Notes: a model not told the origin generated them from the letters alone. A stretch of DNA of 64,000 nucleotides from Macrostomum hystrix (GCA_950097015.1 CATNEN010000002.1:3162001-3226000), one strand, 5' to 3'; positions 49,228-62,307 are shown, counted from the first letter of the stretch. Numbers and translations: made by a program.

Positions 49228-52200
49228 GTGATCCCACCGCTGCCCCCAGACTGAAGAGTTTTGTAGCCGCTGCCACCGCCACCCTGCCTCTGCGCCACCA
49301 GCTGGTTCAGTGTGTAAGGTTCTGGCATTCCGCCAATGTTAACATTTGTTAGACGCAGCGGTCTACCCTGCTGCTGCTGCTGTTGCTGCATCATCATCTG
49401 CTGTTGCTGCTGCTGCGCCTGCTGCTGCTGTTGCAGGAGCTGATGATCTGCCAATAATGCGGCTGACATTGAAGGCGGCACCTGCATCTGCTGCATCTGC
49501 TGAAGATCTGCAAAGTACATGTCGGCTTTGTCTCGTTCCTCCGGTGTTACAGGAATGCCATCCAAGCTGTGCAGGTGTCTCAGGCGGTGCACACAGATCG
49601 GTCTGTGTAACAACCGACGGGCCAGTGGGTTGCCTAGCAACGTGAGACTCTGCAGTCTGCTAAGGCTGTGCAACCTGTCGAGCTCTGAGAGGTCCGCCAG
49701 CTTGTTGGCGCTAATGTAGAGCGTGTGGAGGTAGGGACAATGGTCCGGAATGCTGCCAAGATCTTTCAGACGGTTTTCTTCGACGTGCAGTTCCTTAAGC
49801 AATTCAGAATTATGTACGCTTGGATTACAGTTCGGAAATAAGAAACTACGCTACAGATGTCGCCAATGCGGCATCATTTTGTGCCATAGACGATTTAATT
49901 CCATTTTCTATTCCCATTGTTAATATTGAAGGTTTTTTGCCACCAGCCACCCTGACGAGAATTATTAAAGGTTTTCATGACGAAAGGTTAACTGTTTAAC
50001 AAGAAAAAAGGAATATGTGGGGCCTCCGGTTGTCTTTCTGCTGTTAAATATGATTTTACCATAGACAGCAGACCGTTAAGATAGCTCGATGGCTAGATAT
50101 CCAGATTGGTACAGTAACTCAAAGAGCTGATCCTCAGTCTTCGTAACATACACGTACAAAAATAAACTATTAACTAATAGCTGCGCTTACCTGCACATAG
50201 GGACACCCGCTCAGGTTGACCGTCCTAAGCTTATTCCGATCTAGAACAAGCTCACGCAGTTGGGCCGACTGCAGCCCATCTGTGGACTGAAGCTCGTTGC
50301 CCTGCAGGAACAGAGTGCGCAACGATGGCAGCCGGTGCAACTGAAGCGGCGCCGCGTCCTTGATGCCATTGTACGCCAAATGAAGTACCTCAAGCGTTGG
50401 CAGAATGGATCCAGTGCCACTGGCCAATGACTCGATGTGGTTGTGGTTTAGGCAGAGGACGCGCAAGGATGGCAGGCTAGCGATGCCGTTCACCGAGGTG
50501 AGCGAGTTGGACTCGAGGTTGACGCTGCGCAAGTTGATGAACCGATCGTGCAAGTTGAGCTCGATAGTACGAAGGCTGCTGCGGGACATGTCCAGCTCTT
50601 TCAGATCGTAGAACCTGTCGTGGCCAAACTTCTCAATCAGCAGGTCGGTGGTTAGCTTTCCGCCCAGCAACTGAACGGCACTCTGCACTTCATCTTGTTC
50701 GACTGGAACTCCGTCGAGTGAGCACAGAGAGCGGAGGTGATAGATCACCGTTGAACGGTAGCTGTGCGAGTTCACAGCGATCGGATTGTCGCCTAGGTCC
50801 AATATCAACAGCGACTGCAAGGACTTCAGGTAGAACAGTTCACGGGTGTCCTGGATGCGATTCAAGCCGATGAAGAGCTGAGCCAGACTAGAGTACTTGT
50901 CGATTCCCGCCAGGCCAGTCACGTGATTGTTCAGCAGGTTCAGGCAGGAAAGATTGGGGGCGTGCAGTCCATTCCCGATCTGCTCGATGCAGTTGTGAGA
51001 CAGGATCAGAGTTCGCAGGGCCGGATAGCTGCCAGTTGGCATTGTGCCGATCAGGTTGTGTGTTGCCGACAGCTCCTCGAGCTGGGAGCACGCCTCCAGA
51101 CCTTCGATGCGCGACACATGATTGTAGTTGATGGAGAGCCAGCGCAGGTTAAAGCAGCGCTCCAGGCCGGATATGCGAGTCAGGTTGAGTCCGTCTAGGT
51201 TGAGCATGCTCACCTGGGCGAATAACTCAGGAGGCTGTACCGGCAGGAACTGCGTGGGCGGCTCTAGGCTGATGTACTTTGGCGCGCCAGTAACGTGAGT
51301 GGCGTAGCTGAGCAAGTTGAGCCGACCAGGCATAGAGGCTGTGACCTCCTCCTCCGACACTGGCTGATCGTCTAGAGTCTGAAATAGAATTGTACTTTAA
51401 CTTGATAGGAAATTAAAACCCCACTCCTTTACGCTTTAGTCCCGATATAAAAAATAGCACGCTGATTGTATAAATACGAGCGTACAAACTAGTATCGTAT
51501 CTTTGTCAAGAGTAAAGAGAACGATATCAGACTAAATAGTGAGATAAGAAATGATTGCCTATGCCTTTTTGCCTATACACTTTATATATAAAGTGTATAT
51601 ACTACGGGTGTGTCATAAGTAATGTCACTGTGGTTGTTGTGCGGGAACCCAAAGCAATAATCATCCAAATATATTATATTCTGAAAGTACATTTATTGAG
51701 AAGTTGCCACCACACCTGAGCAGCAATTTTAATGTCTATGGCCAAAACTGTCGCAAGGATTTGTTAATCAGATTTAGCAAGCGCAACGCGATGAAATCTT
51801 CTTTTTGCAACGAGCAAAACTCAACATGAATCACGACAAGACGCACATCCAGTTCTACGCTTTCATTCGCTTCAAGCTTGGAAAATCTGCACTTGAAGTA
51901 GAGGAGGATCTCCGGAACACACTGCCAGACAACTGCCCAACTCGCAGGACAATTTACAGGTGGTTTCAGAACTTTACTCATCCTGGGTTCGAATTGGGAG
52001 ATGCCGCCAGATCTGGACGACCATGTTCAACCAGGACAATAGAGAACATCGAAGTCATCAGCGACCTGGTCAAGGAAGACCCGCGGCAGTCTGTCAGGGA
52101 GCTAGCGGACTGCTTGGAGATTGATTTCAAGACAGTCCATCGCATCTTGACAGAGGATCTCCATCTCCGAAACGTCTGCTCGGTCTGGGTGCCCCATGAC

Positions 52201-55200
52201 CTCACTGCGGACCAACGTCAGGCCCGTGTGAACTGCGACAATCAGATCCGCAAGGTGTTCAGCAGCCGGGGCTTGGATGACATCCTGAACTGCCTGGTTG
52301 TTGAGGATGAGACCTGGCTCCACCTGGATGGCAAAAGCAGCAAGGCAGACAATCGCTGCTGGCTGGGAGCTGGGGACTCCAGGCTGACTGTGACCAGGAG
52401 GTCCATCTCAGACAAGAAGACCATGCTGCTGGTGGCATTCACGCCAAACAAACGAGTCTCCATCTGTACAAATCCGCCAAACACCAAGGTCGATGGCCAG
52501 TACTTCATCGACTTTGTCCGACACACTGGGAAACTCTGGCGCACGCTCCGGTCAAACCCGATTCACCTGAACGAAGTTCTGTGACAGATGGACAACGCAC
52601 GGCCCCACACCTGTCAGGCTGTTTCGGATTTTCTGGCTGGACGGCGAGTAAATCTGCTCTGGCAGAGTCCCTACAGCCCAGACTTCAACTTGTGCGACAG
52701 GTTTCTCTTTAAATGGCTGAAGGCAGACTTTTCCCAGAGAAGTTTCGCAAACCATGATGAGGTCAAAGAAGCCGCGTTGCACTGGTTCCGACAGCTGGAG
52801 GAAAAACACCTGCAGGCTGAGGTAGAGAAGCTGTACGAGCACTGCCAGAGGGTGATTGATATTGGGGGACACTATGTTGTTGATTGATACAGTTTCGTTC
52901 ATCTGCGATTGTTAGTTGGTCTGTTTTACCCTTAGTGACATTACTTATGACACACCCGAAGTATATACATGTAGCATAAAAAACGTCTAATTTTGTAAGA
53001 CTCTCGAGGGTGGTGACAATTCTGTTCGCGAAAAACTCGCAATGCTCACCAGACACATGCAAAGTACTGAGGTTGCAATAGCAAATTTATGCTATGACGC
53101 AACAAACCTTGAGCTCCTTGAGCTTGTTGATAACGATGACCCTGTAGGCGACCTTGTACCGGTGCCAGGGGTTTCCCTCCAGACTGAGGCCCGTCAGCAT
53201 GCCGGTGTGCTTCCGCATATGGCTTAGCTCGTTGCGCAAACAGCTGAGCCGATTGAACGCCAGTCGGAGAGTTCGCAGCTTCCCGACGTGTTTCAGTCCG
53301 TCGATGGACACGATTCGATTCCATGAGACGTCAATCTCTTCAACGGGCAGTCCAGCCAGATCCTCCAGGCCCGTGAGCAGATTCGATCTAGCATTGAGCG
53401 TTCTCAGTGAGTGGAGCGAGTCCAAGCCCCGCAGGCGGGTGAGACCCAGCGCTTCAACGTGCAATTCGGCGAGGTTCTCATAAGGTGCGGTGACTGGTGG
53501 CGCGGGCTCCAAATCTGGCGTTGGCACCGCCGGGCCGGCGCCGCACACGATCTGTTGGAACGGATTGGCTGTGCGCCTACCTGTGTACTCAAGCTCAATG
53601 AGAAACTCGGGCACCAGGCAGGCGCTGTCTAAGAAATACCAGGTGCACTGGCGGCCGAGGCACTCGCAGGTGTAGCCCTCCATGCTGGCGTCGGCCATTC
53701 GAAATACCGCAGTCAGCGGCTGCTTCTGTTCGCCCGCCGACGGGTCCTGAGTTTTCTGTTCGCCGCCGCTTGCTGAAACCAGCGACTCGACCTCCTCCAG
53801 CGAAGTCACCGATTGCACCGACTTGCCGATGAAGGCTTTCACCAGCAGAATTCGAGATCTTCCTATGCCAGTTTCCTGCGCGCACTCCCGGAGCGTTGCC
53901 CGGTCGACGATGTTGATGCTGTTCGACAGCACAGCCGGGCGGCTGGTGACGCCGCGCTCCAGACAGTCCAAGAGGCCCTCAGAGTCGCCTTCGGGCCAGC
54001 GGTAGAAGAGGTAGTCCTGATACTTCTTTGCCACCATGTCCAGTGAGCAGTAGGTGCTGCGCGCTAAAGTTTGCAGCCGAGGCAGACAAGCATCCTGGTA
54101 CCTGCGGATGCGCCGCGTGTCCGTCATGAATGCAGTGGATGAGAATTAAATTTCAATGCAAGTTAAATAAACAGTGAAAAGGCGCACTTTGCCATCATGA
54201 CAGGCAGGTGAAGCCGGTGCACCTTGTCCACCTTGCAGGCCGTGACGCCGCACTGACGATACTGCGACGAGCAGAACCTTGAGCTAACAATGTCCGCCAC
54301 CAGCTTGTGCCAGTCCTGGCCGGTGCCAAGTTCGCAGCGCACGCTGCCGCCGCTCTCCAGCTCCAGGTTGAGCAGATTCCAGGCCAGCTCCCGGTCTGTT
54401 TCAATCTTTTTCAGCGCATCGGTGTAATAGCCGCGAGTTGTGGCCCAGGCGGCTTCAAGCTGGCCAAAGTTACCGGCGCCGGCCTCCACCAGACGGGACT
54501 GTGAAATTAAAATTCATAGCATCCAATGGCTTGAAACCGATTTGAAGCCTTTGTTTATGGCGATATTTGAAAGCCTTTAACTTTAACGTCTAGTTCTAGC
54601 TTGTTCCGCTGTACGCAACTCCTCGATATCTCTGCTAGAAATTTTCACCTACCCCCACTCCTAATCTTTGATTGGTTGTCTCGGCATTATTTTCCGTTAT
54701 CACTGCAGGCCTTTCTCACACCCCCTGCCCATTCATCGATCTTGATTGGTCGACTGTCTCCTCGCCCCGACTGCTAAGCCTCGCATTCTCTCACCCTCCA
54801 GTCTAGAGTGTTTCGGAGCCCATTTACCAACTGGCCAAAGACTCATTGCAGTCTATCTATTTTTTTTTATTTGTATATGAAAGCGAAATATATTATATAA
54901 AAATATACTGTCGTAGGCAGCTGCGGCCACAAAGCTTAATAGACTCTCTCGACCTTTGCATACTCCATGACCTTTAGTTAACTTTAACAAGCCGAGTAGA
55001 AATCCTCATCATCATTACTCCATGACCTTTAGTTAACTTTAACAAGCCGAGTAGAAATCCTCATCATCAAACTTATAGAACAGCCTATAATTTTTAATAC
55101 TAACGCCATAACGCCAGCCTACCTTGTGATACTCGGCCAGTCCCACGGTGACGCGCCGGCCCAAGCTGGCGCTGCTTCGTTCAAGCACTTCGGCTCGCAT

Positions 55201-55968
55201 TGCATAGTACATGCGCTTCTTTAGCACTGTGCTGTCAGCTAGCTCAAACGGTAGCCTACTTGAGCAGTCGAATGTGTCCAGGTTGAGTAGGCGTGGCATG
55301 TGGTACAGGATGAAGATGGAATAGTTGGACAGCTGGGTCACCGGACAGGGCCTGTACTGAGGATCGCGCAAGCAGAAGCGCCTCAAAGCTGGCAAAGCGG
55401 TCAGAGATACAACATCCCGGATGGAGGTCAGAGGGTTTCCTGACAGGTTGAGGCTCTCCAGAGAGGCGTTCTCTGTGAGACAGCCAGACACCTCGGTGAT
55501 GAGATTCTGCGCCAGGTTGAGCTCCTTCAAATTTGCCAGACGTTCAAAGCCAGACAGATCGGTGATTTTATTATTCGCGAGCCACAACACCTCGAGAGTG
55601 GCGCCCAGGTGATCAAGACTGCCGCCAACTTCTGTGATTGAGTTGCCATGAAGAAAAAGCTTTCTAATCCGATTGTTGGCCCCTAGGCCAGAAATCTTCG
55701 TCAGATGGCAGTCGCAAACCCAGAGCACTTCCAGGAAGGGACAGTTCTCAAGGGTGCTGATTTCGGTCAGCGACTGCTCAATTATCGACAACTCCCTGAG
55801 GTTCGGAAAAAAGTTCAGGTGCGCAAAACGCGGATAGCCACCGAAGAAGATTTCCAGTGAGGTGGTCTCGGCAGCCTCGGCTGGCAGTTTGTCGCGGTCC
55901 TCCGTGAGCCCATTCGATGTGCAGATCTCGCGAAGGAGCTCCGCGTCGCTCACTGCGATCTCGGAAAC
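49176..55968 (-). CDS. LRRC9: Leucine-rich repeat-containing protein 9; start exon not resolved
   Basis: Exons 55123-55968, 54188-54498, 53108-54101, 50191-51378 and 49176-49793 total 3957 nt in frame. LEIFFGGYP, DPQYRPCPV..LSNYS..LYHMP, KKRMYYAMR, ELESGGSVR, SRFC and LVPEFLIELEY match LRRC9; many SDS22-like LRRs. Confidence 0.88.
51602..52961 (+). mobile_element. Tc1/mariner (DD34D) transposon, full length (1360 bp), in an LRRC9 intron, antisense to the host gene
   Basis: TIRs CT[A/T]CGGGTGTGTCATAAGTAATGTCACT at both ends, with TA duplications at 51600-51601 and 52962-52963. Confidence 0.95.
51826..52887 (+). pseudogene. Mariner transposase with a single premature TGA (52582-52584)
   Basis: HTH region, WVPHDL, DETW, MDNARPH and YSPDFNLCD, with 34 residues between the second and third Asp. 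The reading frame continues unchanged across the stop. Confidence 0.92.
54961..55070. repeat. 55-bp tandem duplication in an LRRC9 intron
   Basis: tactccatgacctttagttaactttaacaagccgagtagaaatcctcatcatca occurs twice back to back. Confidence 0.9.
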
Positions 55969-57356
55969 CTGCAGATGTTTTTGTTGCGATGTCGGTTCAA
56001 GCTGACAGGAAAGTCCAGCTGGTTGCAAAGGACTTCCTTAGTGTGTCCTCATAGAATTTTCATAAAAATATAATACCAATACTTAATTCCAAAGTCTTAA
56101 TTTTTATTACATTATCTATGTGAGTAAACCACTCAAAAGTCACTTTCGTTGCAAAGCTAGCTACACTCTATATTTTTCTACAGTATGTGCTATTAAGCTG
56201 GTGTGTTTAAAGAAACAATAAGCATAAATTCACATAAAATTCGCATAAGTCTTTTATGTGACTTTTATGTAATATTACATAAAACGAATAACGATTTCAG
56301 AACCGATTTCTAATAAGATTCTTATCAATGTGTAATTAAATATAACTTAGAAGTTAGAAAATATCGTCTGAACATATCATGAGCTAGAATATGACACAAA
56401 GAACTGCATAACTGACACTAATTGTAAACTTTTTAACCAAAAATTTAATGATTTATTTAAAACATTAGAATTTATTTAATGCTGCAATCCTTGGGCTACT
56501 GCAATTTACTAAATCTAGCATTATTGTAAAGTCATTTTATAATACCGTAAAAATTTTAGAGCCTATTTGAGTCTTAACTATAATTATACAATCACAGGTA
56601 GGCCCTACTTCACAAACTCATATAATATCTGCTACACTATGAAGTTTGACTTAATATAACGACAATGTAAAATACTAATTGAGGCAAATGAAAACTTTGA
56701 ATATCCAAATTACAAACAAGAACCAAAGCCATAAAACAAAAAACTATTATATTGTGCACTCGAAAAAGTTTTTTAGAAAATCTAGTCACTATTAAGTCTT
56801 CCATATTGACTACTGAAAGGCCAAAGATTGAGACTTATCAACAATCACTATAGATTTATTATTGAGATTTGTATAACAACAAATCAAGCAGCTACAAATC
56901 TTAAACAATAAAAAATTATGTGCATAGTTACAAATAAAAAACAGTTTCCTATAGAAAAATTCTTGTCATTCATAAAAAGGTACTCCTTCAAACTTAACGT
57001 CACATTCTATATTGTTGCCGGAACTTATTGGAAACTTCGTGATAATTTGAAATTTTTAGGGCGGTAGCAACAGAATATATCAAGCTAAGTTAATAAATTC
57101 TGGGCTAAGTTTCACATAAAATAAACTATAAAATATAACAACGTTTTGCTTGTGATCTATTTTACAATATCTTAGCTTATGCAAGCTAAAAACTTGTTTA
57201 AAATAGTCTAATATTTTTAATGTGGAGTTTTTTCTAGGAACGTGAATACTATTAGCGGCTCCTTACTTAGACTCTTAAATTTTCTTTAGTTACTAATGTA
57301 ACCTTGGAAAATAAAAGAGAACTTTAAGTACGTGCTATATATATTTACCAGCGGTC

Positions 57357-60300
57357 ATGGCTAATAAAATCGTAAATTATATAAAGACATTCCTTTCCTA
57401 CCATCGATTATTCGGAATCCTGCTAGTTGTTGGTGCCATTTGCTACATGGTTATGCTTAGCGACGAACGATTTAGCAATCGGTGTTATATTTCGGAGAAG
57501 GCATTATCTCCAGGTATAGTAAAGAAAATTGAGTATTTTTTTAGTGATTTACAGTAATTATTAATTATAGCTTATTATATCTTATAATATTAATAGCATA
57601 TAATAGCACACAAGCGTAGCACATTTCACACACTGAGCACGTGTGGCCTAGACAAGTGGCGCATGGCTCGTTAAAAGTTCTTCATAATTCTTACAAGGTC
57701 TTAAATAAAATGTTTTTGTTTCAATGAAATTTATTCCTTTGACATTTTCTTTGGAGTAAATAAGTAGATTGTCAATTTTGGCCATCTTTACTAACTTTAA
57801 AGTTCTTTACAGTTCTCAGCTAACTATAATATCTATTATATGTAGACAGCTGATATGTATTGTAATCTATAATTTTTAACTGTATATTGAATATAACTGA
57901 ATATTAGCTCACTTTATATTATTACGAGTAATAAGGATTCCCTTCTGTATAAAACAGTTTTTTAACTTACTAACACTTATACTAACTGATAAGTGATTAC
58001 TATGGCAAATACTTATACTTTCAGGAGTTGTTGAAGAGCAGTTTTACCAGGTCAACTTCATTAATGAGTACTATGAAGAAGTGCAGAAGAGATACACAGC
58101 TAAGAATCTTGAAAGGTTTGTCTTCCTTTCATTTCTGTTTTGCCAATTTAATTAGATTCATATTTACATTTAGTCACAGAATATCTATCAAAATAAAATC
58201 AAAAACATTTTCAGTGGCTCTTTCCAAAAATGGCTAGAGGAAGAAATGAATAACATTGGTTTAGATGCCTACACCCAGAACTTCACCTTCAGCTATCCAC
58301 TTGTTCTTGGAGAAAAGGTAAAATTTTTACCTACAGAAGTGTAAAATTTCATATGGAACATTGACTCTGGTAGTTGTAATCAGCTATTTATAGTTTTGGA
58401 TATATTAATTATTTAATTCAGTTTTTTTCTAGAATAATTGTTCCAGAATATTGTGTAAATGTTTTTAAGATTCACTTTTAACATTAATTAGACAGGTAAT
58501 ATTATTAGGAGGGCAAAGCAATGGTAATTTTTATTGACACTTGCATATTCAATTTGGTGACATACATACATGTCATGCATGCATGGATATGAGACTTTTC
58601 TGCCTCAGGGACCTTGGTGCAAGAGGTAGAACCACTCTGCCACTCCCCCTTTGGATTATGCTATATTTAAAGTACGAGGGGTGTTGCAAAAGTTTCCAGA
58701 CTAATGCTAATCGTGGTGACAATTTGTGTTTGCTTTGGCTGAAAATTGATGTCTATGGTATTCAGCCGTAGAAAAGAATTTTCCTAAAATGTTATGCAGC
58801 TTAGTCAACCACAGCATACATGAGGGCCAAAATAGGTTGCAACCCTATGAAGCTGTTGACACCATTTTTCACAAACCAAAAGTGAGCGAAAATGAGTCGA
58901 CCAAAGAATCCAGTCGGAGTTCGGGTCTAAGGAAAGCCAGCGCCACTTTATCATGGCATGCCAACGACAGGGCAAAACAGCCGATTTCCACCTCTTTGGC
59001 CCAATGAACATACCAATGCGGGGCGAGATCTTCACAACGCGCGAGGAGGTCATCGAAGTAGCCAAAAAGTCTCTACGTCAGTTCGATGCCAGCTTCTGGG
59101 GGTCTGGCTGATTCAGCGCTACCGAAAATGCATCTCCGTAAATGGCGAATACGTGGAGCGAGCGAGCAATCAACCTGTGGACGCATCTGGCGATAGAAGC
59201 GACAGTGACAGTGATTGGTAGCTGTAACTCGGAAATCGTATTTCATGACTATAATAATCTAGTGTACAATCGCTTATCACTTTGGACCATCAACTCCAAA
59301 CTTTCTGAAACTTTATAATATTATAAAATACAGTTGCCTGTTCGTCTGTTTAAATTTTTTGCTGAATCAGACTAAAATTATCACCATGACGAGCATTAGT
59401 CCGGAAACTTTTGCAACCCACGTACTTAGCTGAACACCAGTCATTCTGCTGTACTGAATTTGTATCCACCCTGTCAAACACAGAGGCTCTCAGGCATTAA
59501 TGTGGTTGGAATTTCTCGTGCCTACCGTGCCGCCCGCACTGAGGCACTGGTGCTTCATACCCCGCTGCGAGCCGCTGACACCGCCGGTGGCGCCGCCAAC
59601 GAACGCCGAACCCAGGGCAGCGTGGCGCTAATGCTGGCTCTAGGAAAATTCTTTCGACGTGAGGCGGCAATTTTATTATGCCCAGTTTTTTTGCTTTTTT
59701 TGCTTTGCTTTTTTATGATCCTCAGCTTGGGTCTTTGTTATGAATATAGCTCACTAGGATTGATCTCAGCTGATTCTGGCACACTTTGGAAATTGTTTGT
59801 GATTCGAAACACTGGGAAATTAAGTTAAACACCCCGCCTTTCTCGAGGACTCAAAGATCCCATCACTTAACAAAAGAAAGCAAAAATATGAATGTCTCCT
59901 AAAATGGAGTCAGACCACCAGGTTACCCAAGACACGCAATCAAACTCACTAGGCCAGACGCACTGGGCCAAGGACTCGGTGCTGCTCTTCACCGAGATGG
60001 AGACAATCGGGCTTCAAGCCTGGCTGCACGCCTACCACGGCGAGGCGAACCTTCTGAAACCGATGATCTCAGTGTCGGAGCCGAGGCACCGTTCTGGCAG
60101 CATCCAGGCTGCCGTCAGTCTGGAATTCGGCGGCACTGCCGGCTGGGAGAAGCCGCGGCTGCACGTTGAAGGCGTCAACGGGGTTCTGCCCAACCTGGAT
60201 CTCGTCAACACGGTGGTTCGAATCGCCCACAAGCATGGCGTTGGCCTCAAACTGCACGGCTCCGACAGACAGCCCGCGTTACTGATGCGCTCTCTGCTGT

Positions 60301-62307
60301 ACCAGGTGGGGCTGCTGGGTCAGGGAGGGCTGATGCTGGGTCAGGGAGGGCTGATGCTGGGTCAGGGATGGCCCAAGCTGGGTCAGGGATGGCTCAAGCT
60401 GGGTCAGGGATGGCTCATGCTGGGTCAGGGAGGGCTGATGCTGGGTCAGGGATGGCTCAAGCTGGGTCAGGGATGGCTCATGCTGGGTCAGGGAGGGCTG
60501 ATGCTGGGTCAGGGATGGCTCAAGCTGGGTCAGGGATGGCTCATGCTGGGTCAGGGATGGCTCATGCTGGGTCAGGGATGGCTCATGCTGGGTCAGGGAT
60601 GGCTCATGCTGGGTCAGGGATGGCTCATGCTGGGTCAGGGATGGCTCATGCTGGGTCAGGGAGGGCTGATGCTGGGTCAGGGATGGCTCAAGCTGGGTCA
60701 GGGATGGCTCATGCTGGGTCAGGGATGGCTCATGCTGGGTCAGGGATGGCTCATGCTGGGTCAGGGATGACTCATGTTGGGTCAGGGATGACTCATGCTG
60801 GGTCAGGGATGACTCATGCTGGGTCAGGGATGACTCATGCTGGGTCAGGAATTGAAATCTGGGTAAATTCAGATGCTAAGTCAAGGTGGGGATCAGTGAG
60901 GTGATCTGAACCGGCGCACCCACGCCGCCCTTCGCTCACCGCAGGCCAGCGGCAGTCCCGCATCCCTGCACGGCCTGTTCTTGCCCTTCGACATTCCGGC
61001 CGTCGGTCTGAGCGGTGACGCGTCGGCCAGCATGTTGGCGAGCCGCACCGCAGGCGCCGTTGTCGAGGGCGTCTGGCGCTCCTTGAACAACCTGCAGGAG
61101 CGGCTGCACCAGTCCTTCTTCTTCTACGCCCTGCCGGCGATCGATCGCTACGTCAGCATCGGTGACTACATGCCACCCCTCGGAGTCATGCTGCTGGCCC
61201 TGACCCTGGCTGCCATCGACTCCTTTGTTGTCGGCTTCGGCGACGGCGATTCGTCGACTAAGCCCAAAAGCGGCGGCGGCGGCATCGTCGGGCCGGTGGC
61301 TCGGCTGGCTGTCATGAGCGGCTGCTTCGGCCTGCTGGCACTGCTGGCGCCCGCGTATTTCATCAGGACCGCCGCGGCCTTCCGCATCGACCCCGGCGCT
61401 GGTGTCCTCATCGGCCTGCTGTCCGTGCAGGTGCGAGTGGGATCTGGGATCACTGCTGATGGGATTTGGGATCATAGATAATCGATTGTGGGATCTGGAA
61501 TCACTGATGATGGGATCTGGGATCATTCATAATGGGATCTGGAATCACTGATAATGGGATCTGGAATCACTGATGATGGGATCTGGGATCATTCATTATG
61601 GGATCTGGGATCATTCATTATGGGATCTGTAATCACTGACAATGAGATCTGGGATAATTAATGGCATCTATGATCGTTTACTATAGGATTTTGTGACGTT
61701 ATCGATTGGTTCTGACATTATTAACCATAGTATTTGGCTGGATTGACAATGTCATGTGGCAATTATCTCTCTGATTCACTCTACCATCCTCCACCCGCCG
61801 CAGGCCATGGCCACCGGTTTCCCGTTGATGTTCCCCAGCATGATCATCGCCTGTCACCCCGGCGCCCTCCGCCTCTGCGCCTGCCTGAGCCTCGGCCTGG
61901 TTCTCGGCGCCCTGTCACTGGTGAACTTCGGCCTGGCATTCTTGGCTGCTTGTCCGCTGACTCCGGCCTGCCTTCTCGCCTCCGGGCCCGACAAACTGCC
62001 GCGCATCGCTCGCCTGTGCATTGGGATCGTCGCCCTGCTGACCGGCTCGCCGCTGGGCCTGTTGCTAACCGGTTGCTGGGCGTCCGGCGCCGGCTCGCGC
62101 AGCCTCGTCGGTATCTGGACCTGCGCCGAGTACGGAGCTCTGCAGGGCTTTGTTGAAGGCCAACTGCTCGGCAGCTGGACTTACTCGCTGAGCTGCCTGC
62201 TGCTGCTGCCGTGCTGGCTGCTGATCTGGTGCCAGCTGTTCGCCAGGGCCTGGCCAAAGTCGCCCGTGTGCGCCGAAGCTGAGCCGCCCGCTGACAAATC
62301 CGAGTGA
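57357..62307 (+). CDS. GPAA1: GPI transamidase component GAA1
   Basis: Exons 57357-57513, 58025-58115, 58215-58317, 59484-59658, 59953-60305, 60945-61430 and 61804-62307 total 1869 nt (622 aa). Motifs CYISEKAL, SGINVVGISRAYRAARTEALVL, HWAKD, GVLPNLDL, VEGVWRSLNNLQERLHQSFFFY and multi-TM C-terminus. Confidence 0.92.
58675..59422 (+). mobile_element. Internally deleted mariner element in a GPAA1 intron
   Basis: TA-flanked TIRs cgaggggtgttgcaaaagtttccagactaatgct and agcattagtccggaaacttttgcaacccacg. Transposase remnants DFHLFGPM..MRGEIFTTREEV and QRYRKCISVNGEYVE. Confidence 0.85.
60306..60850. repeat. 21-nt intronic minisatellite (gctgggtcagggatggctcat), starting at the GPAA1 donor site
   Basis: About 26 units immediately after TACCAG|gtgggg. 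Confidence 0.95.
61440..61660. repeat. Degenerate 22-nt intronic minisatellite (gatgggatctggaatcactgat)
   Basis: Starts about 10 nt after the GPAA1 donor at 61431. Confidence 0.85.

Noticed and set aside
52582-52584. TGA-as-Trp alternative genetic code
   Set aside because: TGA terminates several host gene models here (TTC5, MAGUK, SAMD15, GPAA1) and Trp is TGG elsewhere; a single nonsense mutation is simpler.
59892-60770. 292-aa ORF with MLGQGWL repeats as a single protein
   Set aside because: Only 59953-60305 is GPAA1 exon; the rest is the intronic 21-nt array after the CAG|GT donor.
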